Of a DNA stretch of 64,000 bases, positions 26,241-36,965 are shown one piece after another. Position 1 is the stretch's first letter. The number at the start of each line of letters is the position of its first letter. The notes below the pieces were generated by a model. It searched no databases. It was not told the DNA's origin and worked only from the letters and a program-made list of their open reading frames with translations. The DNA is from Trypanosoma brucei (taxonomy: Eukaryota). The position numbers and the translations under genes are program-made. The stretch lies in NCBI GenBank assembly GCA_000002445.1, contig CP000071.1, positions 960,001 through 1,024,000 on the forward strand, read 5' to 3'.

Positions 26241-29200
26241 ATGAACTTGTACGTAGTCTCCATTGAATACACACTTCAACGGCCGAATGCCGCTCTTGGA
26301 GACGCCGTCATGTCCCCTATGTTTCGTCGTGTTTCTTCCCGGTGCCCCATATTGCATATCTTTGGCTACACAACCACTGAAGGGAATGACAGAGCAGCTG
26401 GAGAAAAGAGTTACGTTCCGCGTGAGGCGGCAATATCTGAAAGTAAATTAGATAGCATACAACGGTACAGTGTTTGTGCTCATATTCACGGTGTGTATCC
26501 ATACTTTTTTGTGCAGCGTAGCAATTCGCGGATATCCGCTATGCAGTTTGGAACCCAGCTTGAGTCGGTTGCTATGGAGGCACTGAGCTCAGGACACAAC
26601 AAGTCAGCAGCTGCTCCGCGTCCCCATGATCGACAACAGCTGATACATCACGTTGATGTGGTTTGGTTGCTCCCCTTCTATGGTTATCACGGAAAGAAGC
26701 AGCCATTTTTTAAAGTGTACGTGGTTGACCCAGCGATGGTTAGCCGTTTTTTGCACCTGTTGTACTGCACAAAGCACATGGGTGGCCGGCAATGGTTGGT
26801 ATATGAGGCCCACTCACCATTTCACTTCCAGTTTATGGCGGATTATGGAGCAAAGGGAATGGGTGCCTTCTTCATTCCCTCCTGCACCGCGCGGTCAAAA
26901 CTTCCCGACAGTGTGCAGCCTGAGCAACTGAACATCGCCGCCGTGCGACCCGAAGGGGAGCCCGCCAGGCTTAGTTGTGCTCAGATTGAGGTTGATGTGT
27001 CGGCATCATCGTTGCGTTTCCGCGACGGAGCCGTGCAACCGGGCGAAAACCTGCTAACCGCCAGGCGCAACGTTCGGCAGTATTTTGCAGACCTTGGTGT
27101 AGATGATGCTGTGTTACGGGGGTGCACCTCTGGGTTGCTTGCGCGTCGTTTCACTGTTAGTGACCAACAACGTTGTGACCTTGGGGCCGTTTTGTTGCGT
27201 AAGCGCTTTAATGAGTCTCTTAAAGCAAAATTCACAGATCCCGTTGTTGAGGAACAGGAGAAAGTGGATAGCCCCGTCGGCGTTACACAACAATTAATGG
27301 AAGATATGCAAGGGATCGTCGGCGAGGTCCTACTTCCGGATTCATCTCCGGGATGCTTCTCCGCACCGCAACATTCGCTGCACAATGATCAGGGCGAAGT
27401 GGGAACATCACAGGACCCCCTAGTGCCTCCAGGAGTGACTAGTGAGCAGGGAGGATGTGACGAAAGGGAACGACCTCTCCCGCGTTGTAGATCCTCTGAC
27501 ACACCGTTACCAGGCAATGATTATGTAGAAGGAATGTCACCAAGGGGTGAGGACGAACCGAGTGTACTGTTCCCATCGACCCTCAGTAGTGACGGCCCTG
27601 GAAGTAGTAGTAATACTAACGCTTGTGGCTGCAGTGTTGAAAGTAGTAAGGGGGGAAACGAGGTTGCCCTTGACGCCCGTCTGCGGAACGACTGTGGCGA
27701 CAGTGACAGGAATTGGAGAGAATCTCTTTCAGTTGGCGACACGGTTGCCATTGCGTCAGAGGAGTCACACGACACAACTACAGCAAAATCTTGCCTGTTT
27801 GCCAAGATCGTGTGTTTAGGCACCAGCAGTGTCCGCCTGCGGTGGTATGTTGCGTTAAGCGAGACCCATCTCGCTGACTGTCAGGATGAACTCGAGAAAC
27901 GTGGTTGTTGGTTGGGCAAAGGAACGAAACTTGGTGGGTGTACTCCCGTCGCACAAGGTTACCAGGAGGAACTGTTACTTGGAGATGTGGAGGATATAAA
28001 TTCGATTAGTGTGCTCAGGCAGGGCCCACCCATAGTGGTTCACCACTCTTACCACAGTTTCATTCATGACAGAAACTGCGGTAAGATCATCGGTGATGGT
28101 GATTGTTTCATTTCCATTGCACTGCTCTGTAGGTATAATTACCATGTTCGTGAGCGGCGGCTTTCGGCCATCGAACCTCGGGGGGATGATAATTACGTGG
28201 CGATGCCCGCGTTGCTCCTTCAGTCTACGCCATGTGCTTCCAGTGATGATGAAAGCTCTCTCCTTGCTGAAGTGGCGGATGAAGATGAAGAGCTCTTCTC
28301 TTCACTTTCTTTATCACCTCCTCCAGACGGGTGCGAGCTGTGTACATTTCCACACCAACGGGCCCCGTCCAGACCGAGTGGATCGGATCACAGGGTGAGC
28401 GGGAATAATTTCAAGCTACCCGAGGGGTTGAGGCGTTCCGTATCGAAAACAATGCAGTGCGCTGTGCAATCGCAGTTGTCACTACTTCAAAGTTTTTCAG
28501 TCTGTTGCTCACTTTCACCACGTATTCGGGAACCTGTCTCTCCGTCTGTTGTAGCTATAAGCAGCGGTGTGACGAGACCTTCTTGTGCTCTTTCCTCTTC
28601 GTCTGTCGAGTGCGTGGACCCGCAACGCGAAGCTCTGTTAGTGGAGTTTAAGCGTGAGGGTTCGTGTGTGCGGTGTTCTAATCTTATTGGAGATATACCC
28701 CGAAATTTCATCTGGAGGTTTGATCCAATTCAAAGACGTGTGGTTATATCCGGAGCAACGTGGCCACGAGTGGTGGCACTCGCTCCGAAGCTTCCACCAC
28801 CAACGAAATGTGTTTCCTCCCTGTTGAAGCGACCCTCAGTTCAACTTCTCACACGCATAGCACATTCGCAGGATTTGACGCCACCAGAAGGCGCCCACAC
28901 AGTTGCGGCAAAACAGGAATGGTGCCCGCATGGCTCCAGCAGTGGATCCCGCTCTCAGCGCCACTCCACTCGTCTCATATGTGCTCTGCGTGTGATGTTG
29001 GTCGAGGTGTTTCTTCATCGCAGGGACGGCGTGCAGCATGTTGCACAAGAACGTCTTTTGGCTGTCGGATTGGGCCGAACGACGTCAATTGATGAGAGGG
29101 TCAAAGTGCGGCTTTTTTGTGTGACGGGGCTCTCACAAAAAGTCCCGGTGGGCCAACCACGCGTGAGCCCATTTAGTGGTGCGGTGGAGGTGGTCCAGTT

Positions 29201-32117
29201 GCCGTCAGAGGAGCACTTGCTGAGGCACGTCATGTGGGAAATTCGAGCTTATGATCCCGACGTTATCATATCCTGGGAGGTGGGCAGAAGTGGAATAGGG
29301 CTGCTGGCGCTGCGCTACAAGATCGCGCTTCGCCGCTCGCTCGCGCGTGACTTATCACGCTTGACGCCAGATAGCGCACTGTTTAACCAGAGAAGCGAGA
29401 ACATACATCTTAATCCCGAAGAGAAACCCTCTAATAGTAGTGACGAAAATATTAGTGAGGTCGAATGCGTATCCCCTTCCTCTGACTCATCACACTCTTC
29501 TTGCTCGGAGTCAACACTGTTCTCCACGGGCAGTGGGGCAACTGCTGCTACTACTAGGGGTTCTGTGGCACATGTTAGAGGTGGGTCGACCAATGCACAT
29601 CCTAATCTTGGCGATTTGACGAAGCAGCTCTCCCGTCGTTTTGGTGGAAGTCCACAGGTAGCCGGGAGAATCATTGTTGATCTTAGCAAGTATTTGCGCA
29701 AATATCTTCAGCTGCCGTCAACTACCCTACAGATGGTATATAAGAAACTGTTCAACAGCAGCTTGCCCTTCTTTACTGACGTCGCCCTCACGCGGATGTA
29801 TTGTGCGGGAGAAGCGGGTATGCAACGTGTTTTTATGTCGATTCTCCTTACACGTGTCGTCGCCCCGCACCGCATCGCCCAGCATCTGCACTTCTTCACC
29901 CGCACAGCGGAGTTCGCCCGCATGTTTGGAATTCTGTTTAGTGAAGTTTTAACCCGTGGGAGTCAATACCGCGTGGAAGCCACGTTACATCGCATGGCGA
30001 AGCCCATGGGTTTTGCGCTGCTTTCACCACCACTGGAAGTTGTACACCGTCAACCGCGGTTGCAGAGTATGCCACTGATAATGCAACCACGCAGTGGCTT
30101 CTACAAGGACGACCCCGTTGTTGTTTTGGACTTCCGCAGTCTGTATCCAAGTATTGTTATAGCTTACAACATCTGCTACACAACCTGTCTTGGTTCTGTG
30201 GGGAAAGGTGTGTATGGACGCTTGGGTGTGCTCAAGTCGTACAAACGAGACGACATGCTTCTTTCCTCACTTCTCAGTGGTCTTGCGGACACCAAGAACG
30301 ACCACAATGGCAAAAACGACGACAATGAAAACAGTAACACACTACACGGCGTGACATTTACGCCCAACGGATGTATGTTCTTAACTCCGGAGAATCGTGA
30401 GGGTGTGCTACCTCAGATGCTTCGTGTTTTACTTGACACCCGCGTGGATCTGCAGGCAGCTCTGAAGCATGTGGCTCACCCCTTCGGAGACATTTACATG
30501 CAACAGATCTTGCAGGAACAACAGATGGCTATTAAAATGCTTGCCAATACAACCTATGGTTACACCGCAGCTTCCTTTACTGGACGTATGCCGTGCGCCG
30601 ATGTGGCTGACGCTATTGTCATGCTAGGACGCCAGACGTTGGAGCGAGCCATGTGGTTAATCAATAGTCACCCCGTTTGGAAGGCAGAAGTTGTTTACGG
30701 CGACACGGATTCATTGTTTGTGCGTCTACCGGGGAGAACCAAGGAAGAGGCATTCGCAGTAGGAGAGGAGATGGCTAAAGAAGTGACAGCGGTTAACCCA
30801 GCTCCCGTGCGCCTGCAATTCGAGAAGGTGTTGTTTCCTTGCCTTCTCCTAGTGAAGAAACGTTACGTGGGGTATGCCTATTTCAAGCCCGAACAACAGG
30901 AGCCGCAATTTTTGGCAAAGGGAATTGAGACGGTTCGAAGGGACCAGTGCCCAGCCACTGCGCACCTTGCTGCAAAAATGATTCACCTTCTCTTCTCCGG
31001 GGCAGGCACTGAAACCTTGCGACAGTGTTTCTATGAAGAAGTAAGTAAATTGCAACGTGGAGACTGCAGTCCAGTTGACTGCATATTTCGGAAGGCTGTG
31101 AAATTTGGAAGGTATAAACCCAATGGGCGTTTACCAGCAGCAGCGCGTCTCGCGGCATTGCTTGTGGAGAAGGATGCCATGAGGACTCCTTACTGGGGGG
31201 AGCGCATACCATTCGTCGTAATTCGACGGCCGGAATCCACACGATTAAGCGATCGTGTTGTCCACCCCCAACAGCTGCTGAGTGATGAGGATCATCTTAT
31301 GCTTGACAGTGAGTACTATATCACACGACACATTGTTCCTACGCTCGACAGGATGTTTTATCTGGTTGGTGTGAGTTGTGGCCGCTGGTATGCGGAGATG
31401 CCTCGGGGTCGTACTTACCAAAACTACTTTGAACTGGGATTAAGTATTGCTGCGACAAAAGCCGCCAAGCGGGCGCGAGGAGTGGCGACGCCCCCTACTT
31501 TGTGCGCTGATGTCATTAACGTTAATATTTCCAATGCCAATCACGGTAATGAAAGGTTCAAGAGAAAAGGTAGGGGTAAAGGTAAAGGTGGCAGTGGGCT
31601 GCTTGGAAATCAGTCGGCGAGGGGTGCGAAAAATCGAACCCTTGATTCATATTACCAGCAGACTCTATGTGCTGTATGCCTCACAAACTCAACAGCCACC
31701 TCACCGACTGACCCTCCAGTTTGCAAGGGATGTCTTGAAAATTTATCAACCACCGCCCAACGCGTGACGTCACGACGTTACCGCGTGGAGCGCCACCTAC
31801 AACTTATGAAAATGGCCTGCTTGCGATGCATAGGGACTTGTGGTGAGGTGGGTGGGCCGGGTTTTCTATCCAGTCGGAAGAGGGATATGGAAGATATGAA
31901 TTTCTGCATCCCGCATAGCCTTGCTGCTGCACCTGACCGTGGCGTTCACGACGCTGGTGTTGTGGTGCGACGGTGGGGGAAACGTCAGCAGAAGCTTCAG
32001 GGGGAGGAAGATATTAGGTGTGTTTCCGTAGATTGTCACTTGTCGTTTGAGAAGAAGCGGCTCTCTTCGCTCTACCTGCAGCTGCTTGTACTTGAAGACT
32101 ACGTAACGACTCGCTGA
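26241..32117 (+). CDS. REV3: DNA polymerase zeta catalytic subunit (REV3-like B-family polymerase).
   Basis: The track start at 26127 is TTG. The first ATG at 26241 gives MNLYVVSIEYTLQ...ILHIFGYTTTEGN, a typical B-family N-terminus. Motif A DFRSLYPSIVIAYNICYTTCLG (about 30129-30190) is near-identical to REV3 motif A. Motif B is KMLANTTYGYTAAS. Motif C is YGDTDSLFV (about 30696-30722). A C-terminal CysA zinc finger (CAVCL...CKGC) and CysB cluster (CLRCIGTCG...C...C) are present. The large non-catalytic N-terminal/central insertion (about 1958 aa) is typical of pol zeta. Confidence 0.85.
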   Translation: MNLYVVSIEYTLQRPNAALGDAVMSPMFRRVSSRCPILHIFGYTTTEGNDRAAGEKSYVPREAAISESKLDSIQRYSVCAHIHGVYPYFFVQRSNSRISAMQFGTQLESVAMEALSSGHNKSAAAPRPHDRQQLIHHVDVVWLLPFYGYHGKKQPFFKVYVVDPAMVSRFLHLLYCTKHMGGRQWLVYEAHSPFHFQFMADYGAKGMGAFFIPSCTARSKLPDSVQPEQLNIAAVRPEGEPARLSCAQIEVDVSASSLRFRDGAVQPGENLLTARRNVRQYFADLGVDDAVLRGCTSGLLARRFTVSDQQRCDLGAVLLRKRFNESLKAKFTDPVVEEQEKVDSPVGVTQQLMEDMQGIVGEVLLPDSSPGCFSAPQHSLHNDQGEVGTSQDPLVPPGVTSEQGGCDERERPLPRCRSSDTPLPGNDYVEGMSPRGEDEPSVLFPSTLSSDGPGSSSNTNACGCSVESSKGGNEVALDARLRNDCGDSDRNWRESLSVGDTVAIASEESHDTTTAKSCLFAKIVCLGTSSVRLRWYVALSETHLADCQDELEKRGCWLGKGTKLGGCTPVAQGYQEELLLGDVEDINSISVLRQGPPIVVHHSYHSFIHDRNCGKIIGDGDCFISIALLCRYNYHVRERRLSAIEPRGDDNYVAMPALLLQSTPCASSDDESSLLAEVADEDEELFSSLSLSPPPDGCELCTFPHQRAPSRPSGSDHRVSGNNFKLPEGLRRSVSKTMQCAVQSQLSLLQSFSVCCSLSPRIREPVSPSVVAISSGVTRPSCALSSSSVECVDPQREALLVEFKREGSCVRCSNLIGDIPRNFIWRFDPIQRRVVISGATWPRVVALAPKLPPPTKCVSSLLKRPSVQLLTRIAHSQDLTPPEGAHTVAAKQEWCPHGSSSGSRSQRHSTRLICALRVMLVEVFLHRRDGVQHVAQERLLAVGLGRTTSIDERVKVRLFCVTGLSQKVPVGQPRVSPFSGAVEVVQLPSEEHLLRHVMWEIRAYDPDVIISWEVGRSGIGLLALRYKIALRRSLARDLSRLTPDSALFNQRSENIHLNPEEKPSNSSDENISEVECVSPSSDSSHSSCSESTLFSTGSGATAATTRGSVAHVRGGSTNAHPNLGDLTKQLSRRFGGSPQVAGRIIVDLSKYLRKYLQLPSTTLQMVYKKLFNSSLPFFTDVALTRMYCAGEAGMQRVFMSILLTRVVAPHRIAQHLHFFTRTAEFARMFGILFSEVLTRGSQYRVEATLHRMAKPMGFALLSPPLEVVHRQPRLQSMPLIMQPRSGFYKDDPVVVLDFRSLYPSIVIAYNICYTTCLGSVGKGVYGRLGVLKSYKRDDMLLSSLLSGLADTKNDHNGKNDDNENSNTLHGVTFTPNGCMFLTPENREGVLPQMLRVLLDTRVDLQAALKHVAHPFGDIYMQQILQEQQMAIKMLANTTYGYTAASFTGRMPCADVADAIVMLGRQTLERAMWLINSHPVWKAEVVYGDTDSLFVRLPGRTKEEAFAVGEEMAKEVTAVNPAPVRLQFEKVLFPCLLLVKKRYVGYAYFKPEQQEPQFLAKGIETVRRDQCPATAHLAAKMIHLLFSGAGTETLRQCFYEEVSKLQRGDCSPVDCIFRKAVKFGRYKPNGRLPAAARLAALLVEKDAMRTPYWGERIPFVVIRRPESTRLSDRVVHPQQLLSDEDHLMLDSEYYITRHIVPTLDRMFYLVGVSCGRWYAEMPRGRTYQNYFELGLSIAATKAAKRARGVATPPTLCADVINVNISNANHGNERFKRKGRGKGKGGSGLLGNQSARGAKNRTLDSYYQQTLCAVCLTNSTATSPTDPPVCKGCLENLSTTAQRVTSRRYRVERHLQLMKMACLRCIGTCGEVGGPGFLSSRKRDMEDMNFCIPHSLAAAPDRGVHDAGVVVRRWGKRQQKLQGEEDIRCVSVDCHLSFEKKRLSSLYLQLLVLEDYVTTR

Positions 32118-32478
32118 TACAATGTTATTTTATTTGATAATATCTTAGCGGTTGGAGTTTGCTTTCAATATTTGTAAATAAAACCTGTTTGTGCTCGACT
32201 TCTCGTGTTTCCGTTATTTTTTTTTTCTTTCTCCGCGGTACGTAACTCTTCACCGTTTTTGTGGTTGCTGCACTGTGGTATCTATTGTCATGTATGCGAG
32301 TGTGCTCATTTAACTGTTGTGATTATTATTAGCGGCACTTCGTGTCTCAAGGCAAACGTGAGTTTTCCCATCTCTTCTGCACTTTGTTTGTTGTCTGTGG
32401 TACGTGTTCAGCCATATATACCTATATGTACCTCCTTATGATTTCATTTTTTGCTGTAGTTGGGTCCAGAGGGGTAAC

Positions 32479-34554
32479 ATGAGGCGGTTATTTGTAACCA
32501 CTGCTTCTACGTTGTGTCGCTCGCTTCATTGTACCGACACAAGAACTGGTGGGGCTGGTAAAGAGTCCACACCGGCTGAGGTGCAATGCGAGATGACGCT
32601 GCAATGCAGTGATGAGAGCGGGTGCTCCCCGTTTTTAAGTTCACTTTTGAGCCCTGTCGAGACAGTGCCTCTGCATGATGTCACGAGAACTTACTCGACG
32701 ATGGATGTGGTGGACCCACCTGCTCGCTACAACCCAATGGTCCCAAATGTTGAACCGTCATCTTCTTCGGCTGGTCACATGGAGCAGATGTTGGAGAACG
32801 AAGAGGAAGAAGGACCTGTTGCTTGCGCGCATAAGAATGGAAAGCTGTGGGGCGTGTTTGAGGGATCCGAAGACAATAAACCACCTGCTTGGTTTTATCG
32901 ACTATGTAAAGATTTGTTTTATCGAACGAATAGCGAAGACAATATGGATGATGCCGCGTTGGTAAGTGATATCGAGCCCAGTCATTACATTTCTTCCACA
33001 GAGAATCTTCACATTGACGGATGTGATACCACCCAACGGTCTGCTGAAGCTGGTACTGATGTCAGGGATGGCGTGGATCCGTACGTATGGATTCCGTTCA
33101 ACCTGCTTGATGAGGCTGACTACCACGTCGGACCATATCGATTCCCAAGTACGGCAACATACACCCATGAACAACGCACATTGCTGTGTTTAGGGGACAC
33201 CCGCCGGGAGTACGTCCACTTCTGCGATTCCTATGCATTTCCCGGTCGCGCCCAGATTCCGACATCTGTCGGTACGTGTCCGTCAAAACTATATGTTAAC
33301 CCGAAACAGCAGCAACCTGTTGTCTACATTCAACTCAGCAATGACATTCCACCTGCTATGTGGCTTCCTGTTAAGGGAACTGCCGCATCTGTGCGGCGGG
33401 TACTGGCGGAGTTTGCTTCCATGGCGGCGTTACATAGGGACTGGCACCATGACGAGTTTATGGAACGCCACGCAACCGCGGTTCGAATGCTAGAACTTCA
33501 GAGGCTACCAGCTGGAGAGGGAGATATCCTACGATACATGGCGTACGACGCACGGAACGCTCAATTCGCGTTCGCACCCATCCGTGAGTTTCCCAACCAA
33601 CAGGAGTTTTTTCTAGGCGAGCACGACGATCCCGAGAAGCTGATGGAGCATGTCGACCTCTGTCCGCTGTTGTTTGCCATCCCGCATATGCGAACTGTTG
33701 TGGATTTGCACGCTGAGCACATGATACCGACAATCGCTGGACCCGGCGTTGCTACATCGCTCTACCGCTGCATATACTCCAAGGCGCTCCTGTTTGTGCA
33801 AGTACATTTATCATCAGAGGTGAAGCTCCCGCCGCAGGATCCGGAAGCTTTCAAGTTCATGTGGAAGGACTCCCAGGTGTTACCGAAGATGCGCATCCCG
33901 GTTTTCGTTCGTGTCGTGTGGCCGACTAATGAACGAATGAGCGGTGGTGGAGGACTTCTGCGACGGTTTAACCGCCTGTTTGGCACAGAGTTTGCTTCTG
34001 ACATCCCCGTAGATGCGGCGATGGCATTACTGTACGTGATGCAATGGTCTGGGCATATTAAAGACTTCCTTGGTGTTCGTGGTATGAGGCAGCGTCTGGC
34101 TGATCTGCTGCTTGCGTCGCAACAACCAGAACCGACAAAGTTGTATCCGGGTACGAGGGAAATACCAAACCCGGAATACACAGTGGCCGAGCGCCTTGGC
34201 ATGCATGTGCAGTACCTCGCTCAGCTGCACGACCCAGATATTTCTCTCACGATTCAGAGGCTGCTACCGGTCGCTTCAGCACCAGTCCGCATGGGCTGTG
34301 CCAAAGCAGCTTTAATAGCCGGCGATAGGGAATTGTTTCGGCATATTGTGAGCAGTGAGCCACCAGGGCGTATGCAGACATATATGACAAAATTGGTGAG
34401 GAAGCGGAAGACGCGGGATTTGGTTGATGCTGAACCGAGATTACTGGAGGACCAATACGAGTTCGCCGCCCCGCTATGGACGAAGCGGGGCAAACGTCTC
34501 GATAGTAACACTTTGGAGGGTGTTGTGGAGGCTCAATCGAGACTCAGCGGATAA
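32479..34554 (+). CDS. Hypothetical protein, about 691 aa. The N-terminus looks like a mitochondrial presequence.
   Basis: The track start at 32404 is GTG; the first ATG is at 32479. The N-terminus MRRLFVTTASTLCRSLH is amphipathic, basic and lacks acidic residues. No recognised domain. Confidence 0.5.
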   Translation: MRRLFVTTASTLCRSLHCTDTRTGGAGKESTPAEVQCEMTLQCSDESGCSPFLSSLLSPVETVPLHDVTRTYSTMDVVDPPARYNPMVPNVEPSSSSAGHMEQMLENEEEEGPVACAHKNGKLWGVFEGSEDNKPPAWFYRLCKDLFYRTNSEDNMDDAALVSDIEPSHYISSTENLHIDGCDTTQRSAEAGTDVRDGVDPYVWIPFNLLDEADYHVGPYRFPSTATYTHEQRTLLCLGDTRREYVHFCDSYAFPGRAQIPTSVGTCPSKLYVNPKQQQPVVYIQLSNDIPPAMWLPVKGTAASVRRVLAEFASMAALHRDWHHDEFMERHATAVRMLELQRLPAGEGDILRYMAYDARNAQFAFAPIREFPNQQEFFLGEHDDPEKLMEHVDLCPLLFAIPHMRTVVDLHAEHMIPTIAGPGVATSLYRCIYSKALLFVQVHLSSEVKLPPQDPEAFKFMWKDSQVLPKMRIPVFVRVVWPTNERMSGGGGLLRRFNRLFGTEFASDIPVDAAMALLYVMQWSGHIKDFLGVRGMRQRLADLLLASQQPEPTKLYPGTREIPNPEYTVAERLGMHVQYLAQLHDPDISLTIQRLLPVASAPVRMGCAKAALIAGDRELFRHIVSSEPPGRMQTYMTKLVRKRKTRDLVDAEPRLLEDQYEFAAPLWTKRGKRLDSNTLEGVVEAQSRLSG

Positions 34555-34771
34555 TTAGCGAGTATTAAATCGTTTGGTAGTCACCATTTCCGTGAGGCAT
34601 TGTTTACATTCGCTTAACAAACTAATTTTGGGGACGCAGCATAGGTTAGGGGAGAGGAGTTGTGAATGAAAAGCGCGCGCGGTGTCCTGAGAGGCAGATA
34701 ACTCCAACGCACTTTCTGGAGTACGTCGGAAGGCAGGTTTTCATATCTTTTTAAGGAGGGCTCTTGTCTCG

Positions 34772-34856
34772 ACCTTTTCCTCCTCCTGTGGTTGTGTGTG
34801 CTTGTGCGTCTGCATATTCCACTCCCCTTTCCCCTCTCCACCCATTATATCTTTTG
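34772..34856 (+). promoter_or_regulatory. Polypyrimidine tract upstream of ELP3.
   Basis: The sequence ccttttcctcctcctgtggttgtgtgtgcttgtgcgtctgcatattccactcccctttcccctctccacccattatatcttttggcc lies about 110 nt before ATG 34965. Confidence 0.5.
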
Positions 34857-34964
34857 GCCGAGGATACCTTTGCAGCTGCTGAATTCCATCTAATTCTTCT
34901 TGCACTGAATTACGTTCCACGCTTAGGTAAGGCTATCTTGTGGCCTTTTGAACACCGTAGAAGA

Positions 34965-36965
34965 ATGTCGCTAAAGCGCCCTCGTGATGAAGGTGGACAC
35001 GACGACCTCAACACTGGGCGAGAGGAAAATGCACAGCGAAACTTCGATAGTATGGAAGAGCAGGACCAACACACCCCACACCTTTCACTAAGAGAGGCGC
35101 GTTTCTCCGGTCGGTCCATGCAAGAAGGTTTCCACCTTCAACTGGGCGAGTATGAAGAGCCGGACGAAGCGAAGGAAGTGGAAGAGTTGATGAACGGACA
35201 TGAGGACTTCGGCGATTTACCGAAGGAGCGTCAAAAAGCATTGCTTGACGCAGTGCGAGTTTTGGTGAGGAAAGCTGCGGGTATCACAAACAAGAACCAA
35301 CTGGAGCACCTTCGCGTAAAGGCGTCGCGGCTCGTGGGCTTTAAAGACACGGCGCGGAAGTCAGAACTTACGGCGGCGTATCGGCAGTTAGTGCGTGCGG
35401 GTGAAGTGCAGGAATCTGCGGCTGTGGAAGAGCTTCTCTTGCGTAAACGCGGCAAATCGCATAGTGGTGTACTTGTTGTAACGGTGTTTATGGGACCCGG
35501 CCAGTTTTCATGTCCAAAGGACTGTCACTACTGCCCAAATCAGCCAGGTATCGCCCGCTCCTATCTCCTGAAAGAGCCTGGTGTTCTTCGGGGGTACCGT
35601 AACGGTTGGGATCCTATCAGGCAGTTCTATGATCGCGCCAGTGCTCTGGAAAACAATGGCCATGTAGTTGATAAAATTGAGCTCATTATCCTGGGCGGGA
35701 CGTTTTCCTTTTACCCCAAAAAGTATGTGGAGGAGTTTATAACCGGAAACTTCTACGCGGCGAACACATATTATGACTCCACTCCCTTGCGGCCTATTGG
35801 TACTTTGGAGCAGGAAATAACAGCTAATGAAGATGCGCGGTGCCGAATAATTGGCGTGACGATCGAGACCCGGCCTGATTATATAAATTTATCCGAGTTG
35901 AGACGATTCCGATCCCTTGGTGTCACTCGTGTTCAGGTCGGCATACAACACTTGGACGATGACATTCTCACTATCGTTAACCGTGACTGCCCAACTTCCA
36001 AAACCATCGTAGCCATCAAGCGGCTCCTTGACGCGGGATTCAAAGTTGATGCTCACTGGATGCCTGACCTACCAGGGAGCAGCTACTCGAAGGATCATGA
36101 GATGTTTGAGTATTTATTCTCGGAGGACAATGAAAATTTCCAGGTTGATCAATGGAAGGTGTACCCAACGGCGACGGTCCCGTACACAAAGATCGAGGAC
36201 TGGTATCGTACGGGTAAGTACAAACCATACGCAGAGCTGGACGGTGGTTCTTGGATGGTGAAGCTTCTGGTGTACATCATGGAGAATTGCCCCAGGCGGA
36301 TCCGATTGAATCGTATCATTCGAGACATACCGACGACATACATCATGGGTGGCGAGCGGCGGTGTAATCTTCGGCAAGTTATTGAGGCGGAAATGAAGGC
36401 TAAGGGTATCCGGTGCAAAGATATCCGCGAGCGTGAGTGCAAAGGGGCGCCTGTGGACAGAAATCAGACAAAAGTGTTTGTTAATGAGTTTCGCGCCAGT
36501 GGAGGAACGGAGTTTTACCTTTCCGTGGAGAACATGGAACAGACAATTCTTTACGGTCATCTGCGCCTTCGCCTGCGTGATGACAGTGGCGAATCGAATT
36601 CGCTCGTGAAGGCACTGGAGGGCTGCGCACTGATTCGTGAACTGCATACTTATGGTAAGTTGATTGCTGTATCGCGGCCCAATTCGGGTAATGAAGCTCA
36701 GCATATGGGTGTGGGCACACAACTAATGCGGGAGGCAGAACGAATTGCCATCGAGCGTGGGTTCATGAAAATTGCAGTTATTGCCGGTGTGGGTGTCCGG
36801 CGTTACTACGCAAAGCTTGGCTATAAGTTAGAGGACACATACATGGTGAAACAGCTCACTGCAGATAAAGGAAGCACTATAACGGAGGAGCAAGTGGAGC
36901 AGGATGACGATAATGATAATGGCGGCTTCATTTCTATGCTGAAGGGATTTATGTTCGGTAAATGA
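34965..36965 (+). CDS. ELP3: Elongator complex protein 3 (radical SAM plus GNAT acetyltransferase).
   Basis: The track start at 34764 is TTG; the first ATG is at 34965. Radical-SAM Cx3Cx2C motif CPKDCHYC at about 35511-35534. The ELP3 signature block GHVVDKIELIILGGTFSFYPKKYVEEFI is present. The C-terminal GNAT region ELHTYGKLIAVS...QHMGVGTQLMREAERIAIERGF...GVGVRRYYAKLGYKLEDTYMVK closely resembles ELP3 orthologues. A roughly 100-aa basic N-terminal extension precedes the catalytic region. Confidence 0.85.
   Translation: MSLKRPRDEGGHDDLNTGREENAQRNFDSMEEQDQHTPHLSLREARFSGRSMQEGFHLQLGEYEEPDEAKEVEELMNGHEDFGDLPKERQKALLDAVRVLVRKAAGITNKNQLEHLRVKASRLVGFKDTARKSELTAAYRQLVRAGEVQESAAVEELLLRKRGKSHSGVLVVTVFMGPGQFSCPKDCHYCPNQPGIARSYLLKEPGVLRGYRNGWDPIRQFYDRASALENNGHVVDKIELIILGGTFSFYPKKYVEEFITGNFYAANTYYDSTPLRPIGTLEQEITANEDARCRIIGVTIETRPDYINLSELRRFRSLGVTRVQVGIQHLDDDILTIVNRDCPTSKTIVAIKRLLDAGFKVDAHWMPDLPGSSYSKDHEMFEYLFSEDNENFQVDQWKVYPTATVPYTKIEDWYRTGKYKPYAELDGGSWMVKLLVYIMENCPRRIRLNRIIRDIPTTYIMGGERRCNLRQVIEAEMKAKGIRCKDIRERECKGAPVDRNQTKVFVNEFRASGGTEFYLSVENMEQTILYGHLRLRLRDDSGESNSLVKALEGCALIRELHTYGKLIAVSRPNSGNEAQHMGVGTQLMREAERIAIERGFMKIAVIAGVGVRRYYAKLGYKLEDTYMVKQLTADKGSTITEEQVEQDDDNDNGGFISMLKGFMFGK

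Noticed and set aside
33470-33495. ggttcgaatgc, resembling the tRNA T-arm consensus GGTTCGAAT.
   Set aside because: It lies inside a confidently coding region (...ATAVRMLELQ...). No acceptor stem or anticodon arm can be built around it.
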